Source: an uncultured delta proteobacterium (GTDB lineage: Bacteria; Desulfobacterota; Desulfomonilia; UBA1062). Taken from it: a stretch of DNA of 64,000 bases. Location: NCBI GenBank assembly GCA_963798485.1, contig CAWCTR010000023.1:32001-96000 (forward strand). Reading direction: 5' to 3'. Each line of letters starts with the position of its first letter. Position 1 is the stretch's first letter. Positions 47,297-56,940 of the stretch are shown here, piece after piece. The notes under the pieces were generated by a model. That model was not told the origin of the DNA and did not search any database. It worked only from the letters and a program-made list of their open reading frames with translations. Both the position numbers and the translations under genes were made by a program.

Positions 47297-47836
47297 TTAG
47301 GATGAGAGGTCGTGACGTGTCAGCAGCGAGCGTACCTCGTACCCCAGGGCCTCAATGGCCTCTTTGCCGCCCTCGCACCGGTCGAACACGGCCACTACCA
47401 ATTCGATCTCCATACCTGCCTCCTTGATGCGCTCGATGGCGGCAATCGTACTGGCGCCCGTGGTGATGACATCCTCCACGACCAGGGCCCGCTGGCCGGC
47501 CACAACAGGCCCCTCGATAACATTACCCGTACCGTGGGTCTTCTGGGACTTGCGCACGAGAAAGGCCATGATCTCCCTGCCTTCCTGATAAGCAGCCAGG
47601 CTGGTGGCGACGGCAATGGGGTCGGCGCCCACAGACATGCCACCCACGGCATCCACCTTCCTGTCCTTGATGAGGTCATAGGTGAGTGAGCCTATAATGG
47701 AGGCCCCCACAGGGTTTAGCGTGACCTTGCGCAGATCAACGTAGATGTCCGACTCCTTGCCCGATGACAGGATGAACTTGCCGAACTTCACTGCATCGCG
47801 CTTGACGATTTGTTTAAGCTGATCGGTTTTATTCAT
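47297..47836 (-). CDS. pyrE: Orotate phosphoribosyltransferase
   Basis: F.LSSG.ES..YVD, RK..K.HG, VVEDVITTG. Confidence 0.96.
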   Translation of the reverse strand: MNKTDQLKQIVKRDAVKFGKFILSSGKESDIYVDLRKVTLNPVGASIIGSLTYDLIKDRKVDAVGGMSVGADPIAVATSLAAYQEGREIMAFLVRKSQKTHGTGNVIEGPVVAGQRALVVEDVITTGASTIAAIERIKEAGMEIELVVAVFDRCEGGKEAIEALGYEVRSLLTRHDLSS

Positions 47837-49124
47837 GGAAGACCCTTTCAAAGATGGTGTTTATGTGGGCTAGGTGGTGGGAGAGGTCGAAGAGGTCATC
47901 GATCTGTTTTTTCCCGAGCACCTTCCCGATTGCCTTATCCTTCTTGAGGAGCGCCTTGAAATCCGCATCACCCTCCCAGACTTTAAGCGCGTTGCGCTGG
48001 ACCAGCGCATAGGCATCATCGCGGGCCATGCCCTTGTCCACCAGCGCCAGCAGGACATTCTGGGAATGCCAAAGGCCCTTGGTGAGCTCCAGGTTCTTCT
48101 TGATGTTCTCAGGAAAGACCACGAGCCCTTCGATGATGCCCGTGAGCCTGACAAGCATGAAATCCAGCACCGTGGTCGCATCCGGCCCGATCACCCTCTC
48201 AACGCTGCTGTGGCTGATATCGCGCTCATGCCAGAGCGCCACGTTCTCCAGGGCTGATATGCAGTATCCGCGGAGAAGCCGGGCCAGCCCGGTGATATTC
48301 TCGCTTCCGATGGGGTTCTTCTTGTGCGGCATGGCCGACGATCCCTTCTGCCCCTTGCCGAAAGGCTCCATGGCCTCCAGCACCTCGGTGCGCTGGAGGT
48401 GCCTGATCTCGGTGGCGATCTTTTCAGCCGTTGCGCCTATAATGGCCAGCGTTGCGAAGAACTCCGCATGCCTGTCCCGCTGGAGGATCTGGGTGCTTAT
48501 AGATGCAGGCTTGAGGCCAAGCTTTTTGCACACGTACTCCTCCACCGCAGGCGGCACGTTGGCAAAGGTACCTACCGCCCCTGAGATCTTCCCATAGGAG
48601 ATCACCGTGAGGGCCTGGAGCATGCGCGTGAGGTTCCGCTCCATTTCCGAATACCAGAGTGCGAATTTCAACCCAAAGGTGATGGGCTCTGCATGGATGC
48701 CATGGGACCTGCCCATGGCAGGGGTGTCTTTGAATTCGTAGGCCCTTTTTTTCAGCGACTCCATCAGTGCCTTGATGTCTTCGATGATCACCTTGCCGCT
48801 CTCTTTAAGGAGCATGGAATAGGCCGTGTCCAGAATATCCGATGAGGTGAGCCCCATGTGGATGAACCGGGCGTCCTCACCCACATGTTCAGCTACACAG
48901 CTCACAAAGGCGATGACGTCATGACGGGTTATGGCCTCGATCTCTTCGATGCGCTCCACGGTGAAGCAGGCCTTTCCCCTGATGGTCGCAAGACTTTTTT
49001 TCGGGATCTTGCCGAGTTTCGCCCATGCCTCGCATACGGCCAATTCCACATCGAGCCACTTCTGATAGCGGTTCTCCTCCGACCAGATCCCGGACAACTG
49101 TTTCCTGGTATATCGTGGTATCAC
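47829..49124 (-). CDS. purB: Adenylosuccinate lyase
   Basis: RHDV, GLTSSD, GRSHG, GSSAMPHKKNP. Confidence 0.98.
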   Translation of the reverse strand: MIPRYTRKQLSGIWSEENRYQKWLDVELAVCEAWAKLGKIPKKSLATIRGKACFTVERIEEIEAITRHDVIAFVSCVAEHVGEDARFIHMGLTSSDILDTAYSMLLKESGKVIIEDIKALMESLKKRAYEFKDTPAMGRSHGIHAEPITFGLKFALWYSEMERNLTRMLQALTVISYGKISGAVGTFANVPPAVEEYVCKKLGLKPASISTQILQRDRHAEFFATLAIIGATAEKIATEIRHLQRTEVLEAMEPFGKGQKGSSAMPHKKNPIGSENITGLARLLRGYCISALENVALWHERDISHSSVERVIGPDATTVLDFMLVRLTGIIEGLVVFPENIKKNLELTKGLWHSQNVLLALVDKGMARDDAYALVQRNALKVWEGDADFKALLKKDKAIGKVLGKKQIDDLFDLSHHLAHINTIFERVFHE

Positions 49125-50044
49125 TTCTTTCTGACCCTCCGGTCTATCATATAGTTGCTGCCTTCGAGTTCTTTGATATGCTTCTTGATGTCAGTGGCAT
49201 CCTGGGAGGCCTGGCCGTAGTGGGTGTAGTGCCCGTCTACATTCAGCACGACAGCCAACGAGATGGACATCATGGGGTATTTCCGCACCACGCCGTTCCT
49301 GCCGGTTGAAATGATGCCCCCTTGATCAAGGTCATCATCATTATAGAAATTTTTTATGACCATATCGAACCTTGATATCACCTCTTCGCACAGAGACCGT
49401 ATATAATTCTCCGGGCAGATAAACACGAAGTCGTCCCCGCCCACATGGCCCACAAAGGTCTTTTCATCCCTGAGCTCTTTGAGAGCATTCGTGATAATCC
49501 TGCCTGTGGCGATAAGGACTTCATCGCCCCGTGAAAAACCGTAGCGGTCATTAAAGGGCTTAAAGTTATCGATGTCGACCCATGTGATGGCGATCTCATC
49601 GGCTGCGTCCAACTTGTCCTGGATGCACCGGATTATGGATTCATTGCCGGGCAGCCTGGTGAGGGGGTTCATACCCACATCCCTTACAGAGCGCTTGGAT
49701 ATGAATTCGAGCCGCCTCTTGATGGCAATGTCGGCATCGTTGATAATGATATAGTCATCAATGGGGTTATCCTGCCAGGATACATGTTCCAACGAACCCT
49801 TTTCCATCAGGGCGACAATGGGGACATGCCCAAAGATGGTATTGCTCCTGAATTCCCGGACAATCCCACCCCCCTTGGTCAACAGATACCCGCCGTCAAT
49901 GAGGATAAGGTCAGGAGGGTCCATGTAGATCATGGAGATAACGTCCTGGCTTGCCATCAAGACCTGAAACGAGTCGAACATGGGACCGATGAGCTCGCTG
50001 AAGCGACTATCCGCACTTTTCTCTACGATAAAAACGGCCCTCAC
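49121..50044 (-). CDS. REC-like plus GGDEF-domain protein
   Basis: NPLTRLPGN, DIDNFKPFND.YG..RGD, GHVGGDDF. Confidence 0.9.
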   Translation of the reverse strand: MRAVFIVEKSADSRFSELIGPMFDSFQVLMASQDVISMIYMDPPDLILIDGGYLLTKGGGIVREFRSNTIFGHVPIVALMEKGSLEHVSWQDNPIDDYIIINDADIAIKRRLEFISKRSVRDVGMNPLTRLPGNESIIRCIQDKLDAADEIAITWVDIDNFKPFNDRYGFSRGDEVLIATGRIITNALKELRDEKTFVGHVGGDDFVFICPENYIRSLCEEVISRFDMVIKNFYNDDDLDQGGIISTGRNGVVRKYPMMSISLAVVLNVDGHYTHYGQASQDATDIKKHIKELEGSNYMIDRRVRKK

Positions 50045-50048
50045 CGCA

Positions 50049-50894
50049 TCACCCCGCCGGCGCCTGCTGAAACATCTCCACTTCCTCGAGATCTTCCATG
50101 ATTTTTTTCATGAGTTTTGGCAGGTCTACTTTATCCATCCCTATGTTGTCCCAGGCCTTACGCGAGATCTGCCCCACCCAGGGGTCGCCGCCGTTTCCCA
50201 CGCCGCAGGCCCTTACAAAGGCATCGGCGATGTGCACCACTGCCACCCTGTCCTTGAACTTCAATGCCCCGTCAGGGTCGTGGTGGCCGGCAATGGGAAC
50301 CGAAAGCTTTTCCGGGAGGTTCCATTCCCTTGAAAGCCATAGCCCGATCTCGGCATGATCCACTTCCAGGATTTCGAGCTCGGCCTCCCTGAAGGAAATC
50401 TGCTTGGCATTCACCACGTCCACGATCTTGTCATAGTCCGTGCTCAGGGAGACCCTCACCAGGAGCTTACCGATATCGTGGAGCAGGGCTGCGGTGGATA
50501 TCTCCTCAGGTTCGTTTAAACCTAAAGCCCTGCTGATAGTGCCTGAAGCGATGGCCGAGCCCAGCGAGTGCCCCCAGAGACCTACCATGGAGCGTTCCAT
50601 CAGGTCAAAGACCGAGGCCGAGAGCACCACGCCCTTGATTACGTTGAACCCTAAGAGGATAATGGCGTGGCTGATGGATGAGATCCTGCCCGGGAACCCA
50701 TAAAAGGATGAGTTTACGAGCTTGAGCACGCGCGCCCCCAGGATCTGGTCGGATGAGATAAGCTTGCCGACGTCTTTGGGCGAGACATCAGGGCTTTCCA
50801 CCATTGTCATGAGCTTCTCCACCACCTTGGGAAGCGTTGGCAGGCTCTGGATCTTCCGGGCGAGCACCTTCAAATGCTGGACCTTTGTGCTCAT
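50049..50894 (-). CDS. HDOD-domain protein
   Basis: LPTLP, LKLVNSSFYG, W.HS, LLHDIGK, HAEIG, HH. Confidence 0.92.
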   Translation of the reverse strand: MSTKVQHLKVLARKIQSLPTLPKVVEKLMTMVESPDVSPKDVGKLISSDQILGARVLKLVNSSFYGFPGRISSISHAIILLGFNVIKGVVLSASVFDLMERSMVGLWGHSLGSAIASGTISRALGLNEPEEISTAALLHDIGKLLVRVSLSTDYDKIVDVVNAKQISFREAELEILEVDHAEIGLWLSREWNLPEKLSVPIAGHHDPDGALKFKDRVAVVHIADAFVRACGVGNGGDPWVGQISRKAWDNIGMDKVDLPKLMKKIMEDLEEVEMFQQAPAG

Positions 50895-51238
50895 GGATGT
50901 CCTCCTTCCCCGTTAGTATCACCTTCCCTATCCGTCTCGAGAGCCATGAGGGCGCTTTGTGCAGCAGAAAGAATCTTTTGCATGAGAGGGTCCCCTTGAA
51001 CCCGGGAGAACCTTGCCCTGAGCTCCTCTATTTTTTGCTCCTTGGTTTTTGTCTCGCCGCCGAGATTCACAGGGTGCCCCTTGAGGATTACATGAGACAC
51101 ATTCATCCGTATGAGGCGCTCGATAATGGTCTCGCTCAGCTCTGTGTCCTCGGCACACAGCGCCATGCCTGCATCATTGGTTATGGGTTTGGCCAGCACC
51201 ATACCGGGTTTTACCAGTTCTATGGGGACCTTCTGCAT
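50891..51238 (-). CDS. Small hypothetical protein resembling the N-terminal module of HD-GYP/HDOD proteins
   Basis: VKPGMVLAKPI...G..L.....L....IERL motif; ATGA overlap with the HDOD gene. Confidence 0.7.
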   Translation of the reverse strand: MQKVPIELVKPGMVLAKPITNDAGMALCAEDTELSETIIERLIRMNVSHVILKGHPVNLGGETKTKEQKIEELRARFSRVQGDPLMQKILSAAQSALMALETDREGDTNGEGGHP

Positions 51239-51258
51239 GAGAGCCTCCTTTAAGGAAT

Positions 51259-53166
51259 TCACCTGACCCGTGCGCCAACCTTGGGCACCCGCTCAAAGGT
51301 TACGAGAGTAAGTTTGCCGTCATGGCCGTCGGTGGCGAGCAGCATGCCTTCGCTTTCAAGACCCATGAGCTTGGCCGGTTTCAGGTTGGCCACCACGGCT
51401 ATGTACTTATCAACAAGGTCTTCAGGCCTATATGCCGTTCCGATACCGGCAACGATCTGGATGGTCCTGCCCACATCGACCTTCAGGATCACAAGCTTGT
51501 CTGACTTCTCAACGGCCCGGGCCTCCATGATCCTGCCCGTTTTTATCTCTATACGACCGAATTCACTGATATCAATAAGATTGTCAGGTACCTTGTCGGT
51601 TTTTTTATCAACCTTGTCCTGGGTCTCCTCTTTGGGAGAGCCCATCTTCTCTACCCTGGGGAACAAGGCTTGGGCCTGACCGATCTTAATGCCGGGATTG
51701 AGATGCCCAAAAGAGTTCAGGTCCTTAAGCAAGATAATACTGTTTATCCCCATAAGATCAAGGATTGCCCGTGAGATTCCGGGCATTACCGGGAAGATGA
51801 GCACCGAGACAAACCGTATGGATTCCATGATATGGTACATGACCGTGGCGAGCCGCGGCATATCCTTTTTGGCGAGCTCCCAGGGGGCCATCTTGTCGAT
51901 GTATTTATTCAGGGCCGAGATGAGCGACCAGATCGACATGAGGGCCGTATGCAGCTCCAATGCCCCCATCTTGGCGGTGTAGTCCTCTACCACCTTCACG
52001 GCCAGGTCTTTCAGCTCACGGTCAATGTCCAAGGTGGCAGGCTCGGGAGAGGGGAGAATGCCGTTAAAATATTTTGCCACCATAGAGGTGCTCCTGCTCA
52101 CCAGGTTGCCCAGGTCGTTGGCCAGGTCCGCATTATACCTCTCGATGAGTGCCTCTTCCGAAAAGTTGGAGTCGAGCCCGAAGACCATATCGCGGACCAG
52201 GAAGTACCGGAAGGCATCCACCCCGTATTTGTTCTTCATCTCGAGCGGGTCCACCACATTACCAAGGCTCTTGGACATCTTGGTGGCATCAACATTCCAG
52301 AATCCGTGCACATTGAGGTTCTTGTACGGCTTCGCACCCATGGCCTTGAGCATGGTGGGCCAGTACACGGCATGCGGCTTGAGGATGTCCTTGCCCACGA
52401 GGTGCTGGGCTTCGTTCCAGAAATCCTTGAAATGATGGCTATCGGGGTAACCAATGCCTGTGAGGTAGTTAATGAGGGCGTCAAACCATACATAACAGAC
52501 AAACTCGGTGTCAAAGGGCAGCTCGATGCCCCAGGAAAGCCTTTTTTTGGGCCTGGAGATGCACAGGTCGTCGATTGGGCCCCGCAACATGCCGAGCACC
52601 TCGTTCTTGTACCGCTCGGGCCGGATAAACTCCGGGTTGTTTTCAATATACCCTATAAGCCAGGGCCGGTATTTTTCCATCTTGAAGAAATAGTTCTTTT
52701 CCTGGACAAAGGTCAGTGGCGTTAAGTGGATGGGGCACTTACCGTCAACCATCTCGGTCTCTGTCATGAAGCGCTCGCAGCCCGTGCAGTAGTGGCCGCC
52801 GTATTCCCCGAAGTAGATATCGCCCTTGTCGTATACCTCTTGGAGGATCCGCTGAACGGTCTTTATGTGGTCCGGCTCGGTAGTGCGGATGAAGCGGTTG
52901 TTTTCCACCTGTATCTGGGGCCAGAGGTCGCGGAAGCGCCGGCTGTTTTCATCCGCAAGGTCTTTTGCCGTAATGCCGAGCCCCTTGGCCGTTTCCATGA
53001 TCTTGTCGCCATGCTCGTCCGTACCGGTGAGAAAAAATACCTCCTCTCCAAGGAGCTTGTGAAAGCGGGCCAGGACATCACCGATGACCGTAGTATAGAC
53101 ATGTCCGAGGTGGGGTTTGGCATTCACATAGTAGATGGGTGTGGTCACGTAGAAGTACTGTTTCAT
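51259..53166 (-). CDS. metG: Methionyl-tRNA synthetase
   Basis: TTPIYYVN..PHLGH, KMSKS, C-terminal tRNA-binding domain. Confidence 0.98.
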   Translation of the reverse strand: MKQYFYVTTPIYYVNAKPHLGHVYTTVIGDVLARFHKLLGEEVFFLTGTDEHGDKIMETAKGLGITAKDLADENSRRFRDLWPQIQVENNRFIRTTEPDHIKTVQRILQEVYDKGDIYFGEYGGHYCTGCERFMTETEMVDGKCPIHLTPLTFVQEKNYFFKMEKYRPWLIGYIENNPEFIRPERYKNEVLGMLRGPIDDLCISRPKKRLSWGIELPFDTEFVCYVWFDALINYLTGIGYPDSHHFKDFWNEAQHLVGKDILKPHAVYWPTMLKAMGAKPYKNLNVHGFWNVDATKMSKSLGNVVDPLEMKNKYGVDAFRYFLVRDMVFGLDSNFSEEALIERYNADLANDLGNLVSRSTSMVAKYFNGILPSPEPATLDIDRELKDLAVKVVEDYTAKMGALELHTALMSIWSLISALNKYIDKMAPWELAKKDMPRLATVMYHIMESIRFVSVLIFPVMPGISRAILDLMGINSIILLKDLNSFGHLNPGIKIGQAQALFPRVEKMGSPKEETQDKVDKKTDKVPDNLIDISEFGRIEIKTGRIMEARAVEKSDKLVILKVDVGRTIQIVAGIGTAYRPEDLVDKYIAVVANLKPAKLMGLESEGMLLATDGHDGKLTLVTFERVPKVGARVR

Positions 53167-54158
53167 GGCTGAGGGCTCCTTTTTTTCCGTGCATTGCGAT
53201 TTCGTGACCTCTTTCTCTTGGGTTTGGGTTTGGTGGCGATCATGGGCACCATGGGGGGTTCTTCTCCCACCGGTTCTTCCTCCAGGAGGATCTCTCCCTC
53301 CTTTCCCTGTGATGGGCCTTTGCGATCACCGAGTTGCAGGAATTCTTCGGCGGTAAGGATGTCTGAGACGTTGGCCTTGATAAAACGTCTGTCCGTGAGC
53401 TTTGCCACAAAGGTCTGGTTGATGACATTGATGCTCACCACTATTGCCTCCCCCTCGCTAAGAAAGACTTTTTTGCCCGGCTTGGGGAGGTTTTCGATGA
53501 GATTTGCATAGGACTCCTTCTCATAGGCAAGACAACACTTGAGCTTCCCGCACAGCCCTGAAATCTTGGTGGGGTTGAGTGTCATATTCTGGTTCTTCGC
53601 CATCTTTACGGAAATCCGCTGGAAGTTGGTCAGGAAGGTGGCGCAGCAGAGTTCCCTGCCGCAGCTCCCTATTCCACCAAGCATGGCCGACTCCTGCCGT
53701 GTCCCTACCTGGCGAAGTTCGATCCTTGTGCGGTAACGCTCTACCAGGTCTTTGAGAAGCTCCCTGAAATCAACCCTTCCCTCTGAAACAAAGGAGAAGG
53801 TGATCTTGTTCTCGTCAAAGAGCTGCTCCACCATGATGAGCTTCATGGACAAGGCCCGTGCCCTGATGCGTTCATGGCAGAAGGCAAAGCAGTCTTTTTC
53901 CTTGGCGCGTATCCGATCGAGCTTTATCAAATCCTCATCGGTCATCTTGCGGATAACCGGTTTGATTTCTTCCAGCCCCGATGCCTCATCCTCTTTTGTG
54001 TATCCGATGACCCGCGCTGCACAGAGTCCCGCTTCAGTACTCACGATGACCATATCCCCCTGGTCAAGCTCCAGGTCCTGGGCATCGAAGATATAAGGCG
54101 TCGGTATGGTATCGAATCTTACACACACGAGTCGTTTTGCTTTTTCTGTAGTTTCCAT
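53163..54158 (-). CDS. PSP1/RicT (YaaT) family protein
   Basis: RVDFREL, GSCGRELCC, SGLCGKLKCCL; synteny with metG; start set at METTEK. Confidence 0.92.
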   Translation of the reverse strand: METTEKAKRLVCVRFDTIPTPYIFDAQDLELDQGDMVIVSTEAGLCAARVIGYTKEDEASGLEEIKPVIRKMTDEDLIKLDRIRAKEKDCFAFCHERIRARALSMKLIMVEQLFDENKITFSFVSEGRVDFRELLKDLVERYRTRIELRQVGTRQESAMLGGIGSCGRELCCATFLTNFQRISVKMAKNQNMTLNPTKISGLCGKLKCCLAYEKESYANLIENLPKPGKKVFLSEGEAIVVSINVINQTFVAKLTDRRFIKANVSDILTAEEFLQLGDRKGPSQGKEGEILLEEEPVGEEPPMVPMIATKPKPKRKRSRNRNARKKRSPQP

Positions 54159-54165
54159 CAATACC

Positions 54166-54195
54166 ATGTTAGCAACCATACATCATATTTTTCAA
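54166..54195 (-). promoter_or_regulatory. sigma70 promoter of ricT-metG (leaderless)
   Basis: TTGAAA-N18-TAACAT with extended TG, 7 nt before ATG 54158. Confidence 0.6.
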
Positions 54196-54276
54196 GTGCA
54201 TCTTTCACTGAAGTTGATCATCGGGGATTTTTATGTGATAAAAGGACAAGGCGAAAGCATCCTTAATGGGGGGAGT

Positions 54277-54906
54277 ATGACACTCTGGGAGTTTTTTATA
54301 AAGGGCGGGCCCGTAATGTGGCCTTTATTTGCCTGCTCCATCATTGCACTTACCATTATTATCGAGCGGCTGTTCACCTTGCGGCAGGGCAAAATCATTC
54401 CAGCAGAGCTCATAGAGGAGGTGGAACTGCTTATCCGCATGGGGAGGCTTAATGACATTGAGCAACTCCTGAAAAGGAGTTCGTCCCCCTTAAGCCCCAT
54501 CATCATGACGGCTATTAAGAACGCAGGAAGGCGCCGCGAGATTATCAAGGAATACATGGAAGAGGCAGGCGCAACACAAGCTTACACCATGGAGAGGTAT
54601 ATCGACATCTTAGGTATCATTGCTGCGATCTCGCCCCTGCTTGGGTTTCTGGGTACCGCCACGGGCATACTAACCACGTTCAAGGCAATAAGCACAATAG
54701 GAAACAACTCCAGCCGGCTGCTCGCCGCCGGAATCTCAGAGGCCCTCATCACCACTGTAGTGGGTCTGGCAATCGCCATACCGGTTTATGTTTGCTATCG
54801 GGTCCTCATTGCACGCAGCGATCATCTGCTCATAGATATGGAAATGACCTCTGCGAGAATCCTCGAATACCTAAAGGGTGAAACCCATGAGGTTCAGGCG
54901 GAATAA
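54277..54906 (+). CDS. MotA/TolQ/ExbB proton-channel protein
   Basis: GGPVMWPL, PLLGFLGT, GISEALITT..GL.IAIP. Confidence 0.92.
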   Translation: MTLWEFFIKGGPVMWPLFACSIIALTIIIERLFTLRQGKIIPAELIEEVELLIRMGRLNDIEQLLKRSSSPLSPIIMTAIKNAGRRREIIKEYMEEAGATQAYTMERYIDILGIIAAISPLLGFLGTATGILTTFKAISTIGNNSSRLLAAGISEALITTVVGLAIAIPVYVCYRVLIARSDHLLIDMEMTSARILEYLKGETHEVQAE

Positions 54907-55264
54907 AAGACTCAAGAATAAATCAATTATCGACATTACACCGCTGGTGAATGTCGTATTTCTGCTGCTGGTCTTCTTGTTGCTCGCAATGGGAGTGCCG
55001 CTCGGATTGAAGCAGAATTCCCTGATAGGGCAAAGGGAGATCCCTGCCGGCAGTTCGATGGTTGTGGTTGTCCTGCCGGGAAAGGTAGTCATCGACGACA
55101 AGCCTGTGAGCGATGGAACCCTCCAAGGATTGCCCCGAAACAGGGACATTGTTATCCTTGCTTCCAAGGAGATCCCTTACTCCCAGGTCGTAAGCATACT
55201 GGATGTTCTGAGGACGTCAGGACATACCAGGCTCTCTTTGGCGACAAAACCCGTAAACGAATAA
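54887..55264 (+). CDS. ExbD/TolR family protein (Asn at the conserved Asp)
   Basis: DITPLVNVVFLLLVF TM segment; follows exbB. Confidence 0.85.
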   Translation: MRFRRNKRLKNKSIIDITPLVNVVFLLLVFLLLAMGVPLGLKQNSLIGQREIPAGSSMVVVVLPGKVVIDDKPVSDGTLQGLPRNRDIVILASKEIPYSQVVSILDVLRTSGHTRLSLATKPVNE

Positions 55265-55298
55265 GAGTTTGTTTTTTCATAATCAAGCGTCAAAAGGT

Positions 55299-55327
55299 TT
55301 GACTTAGCAGTATCATCTCAGTAATAT
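55299..55327 (+). promoter_or_regulatory. sigma70 promoter of receiver-glgC (leaderless)
   Basis: TTGACT-N17-TAATAT, 8 nt before ATG 55336. Confidence 0.68.
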
Positions 55328-55335
55328 TATTGGAA

Positions 55336-55698
55336 ATGAAGCGAATCCTCATTATAGAAGACGACAAGAATATTCAAGAACTGCTTCGGCAGGAGCTCAA
55401 CGACGAAGGATATGCCATCACCATTGCCGGCAACGGGAAAGAGGCCTTGTCTGTCTTGAAGAACAAGGATAGCCAGAAGCCGGACCTCATTATCCTTGAT
55501 CTGAGGATGCCGGCCATGGATGGGATTGAGACCATGGGGCACATCCTGAAAATGAAGAATGAGACCCCGGTAATCATCCACACTGCATATCCCAGCTACA
55601 AGGGTGATGCCCTGGCTACGGCAGCTGATGCGTTTGTAGTGAAATCACATGACTTGACCAAGTTAAAGAATGCAATATTTGATTTGATTGGTAAATAA
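55336..55698 (+). CDS. Single-domain response regulator
   Basis: IEDD, DLRMPAMDG, TA, K. Confidence 0.92.
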   Translation: MKRILIIEDDKNIQELLRQELNDEGYAITIAGNGKEALSVLKNKDSQKPDLIILDLRMPAMDGIETMGHILKMKNETPVIIHTAYPSYKGDALATAADAFVVKSHDLTKLKNAIFDLIGK

Positions 55699-56933
55699 TG
55701 CCATTTATAAATCCAAACAACGTTGAGGTGGTTATCCTTGCAGGTGGAAAGGGCGAACGTCTCTATCCACTGACAAAAGACCGCGCAAAGCCGGCGGTGC
55801 CGTTTGCCGGGATGTACCGCATCATTGACTTTACCTTGTCAAACTGTGTGAATTCAGGACTCAAGCAGATTTATGTGTTATCCCAGTACAAATCCCACTC
55901 CCTGAACCGCCACATCCAGCAGGGCTGGCTCTCCTTCTTTTCCTACCCCATGGGAGAGTTCATCTATGACATCCCGGCTCAGCAGCGGATCGGGAACAGC
56001 TGGTATGAGGGCACGGCGGATGCAGTCTTCCAGAACATCTATTCCCTCCAGCAGGACATGCCCGGCTATACCCTGATCCTTTCGGGCGACCACATTTACC
56101 AGATGAATTATATGGAAATGATACAATTCCATGTGCGCAGAAAGGCGGATGTGACCATAGGGACGGTGCCCATGCCTGTCGAAACGGCCAGCCAGTTCGG
56201 CGTAATCAGGGCCGACAAAGGTATGAACGTGGTAGGGTTCCAGGAAAAACCCAAGAAGGCCCCCTTCACCATGCCGGGCGACGCAAGCAAGGTGATGGTC
56301 TCCATGGGGATCTATGTATTCAATACCAAGACACTCATCCGCCAGCTCGTGGAGGATGCAAAGATCAAGTCGAGCTCACATGACTTCGGCAAAGACATCA
56401 TCCCGCGCATGGTGAAACACAGCAAGGTCATAATGCATCCATTCAAGGGTATCATGGGCAATGGCTACTGGCGTGATATCGGGACCTTGGATGCCTACTA
56501 CGAGGCCAACATGGATCTGGTATCCGTAACGCCCGCGTGCAACCTCTATCACCAGGGCTGGCCGGTGCATACGGTATACAGCCCCTATCCTCCGGCGAAG
56601 ATGGTTTTTTCCGGCGGGAAAGACGGCAAGCGAATCGGCATGGTGCTTGATTCCATCATCTGTGACGGCGCCATTGTCTCGGGCGGAAAGGTCAAGCGGT
56701 CCATTATCTCGCCCAACGTCAGGGTGCACAGTTATTCCGAGATTGAAGATTCCATGCTCATGGAGGGCGTTGAGATCGGAAGGAACTGTAAGATCAGGCG
56801 TACCATCATAGACAAATATGTCAAGATACCTCCCCGCACGACAATTGGTTATGACCCTGAGGATGACAAGAAAAAGTTCGATGTATCCCCTGGCGGGATT
56901 GTAGTTGTTTCCAAGAACACCATGTTCGACTGA
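55698..56933 (+). CDS. glgC: Glucose-1-phosphate adenylyltransferase
   Basis: LAGGKGERLYPLT..RAKPAVP, GTADA, SGDH, EKP, DFGKD, YWRDIGT. Confidence 0.97.
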   Translation: MPFINPNNVEVVILAGGKGERLYPLTKDRAKPAVPFAGMYRIIDFTLSNCVNSGLKQIYVLSQYKSHSLNRHIQQGWLSFFSYPMGEFIYDIPAQQRIGNSWYEGTADAVFQNIYSLQQDMPGYTLILSGDHIYQMNYMEMIQFHVRRKADVTIGTVPMPVETASQFGVIRADKGMNVVGFQEKPKKAPFTMPGDASKVMVSMGIYVFNTKTLIRQLVEDAKIKSSSHDFGKDIIPRMVKHSKVIMHPFKGIMGNGYWRDIGTLDAYYEANMDLVSVTPACNLYHQGWPVHTVYSPYPPAKMVFSGGKDGKRIGMVLDSIICDGAIVSGGKVKRSIISPNVRVHSYSEIEDSMLMEGVEIGRNCKIRRTIIDKYVKIPPRTTIGYDPEDDKKKFDVSPGGIVVVSKNTMFD

Positions 56934-56940
56934 ACCCTTC

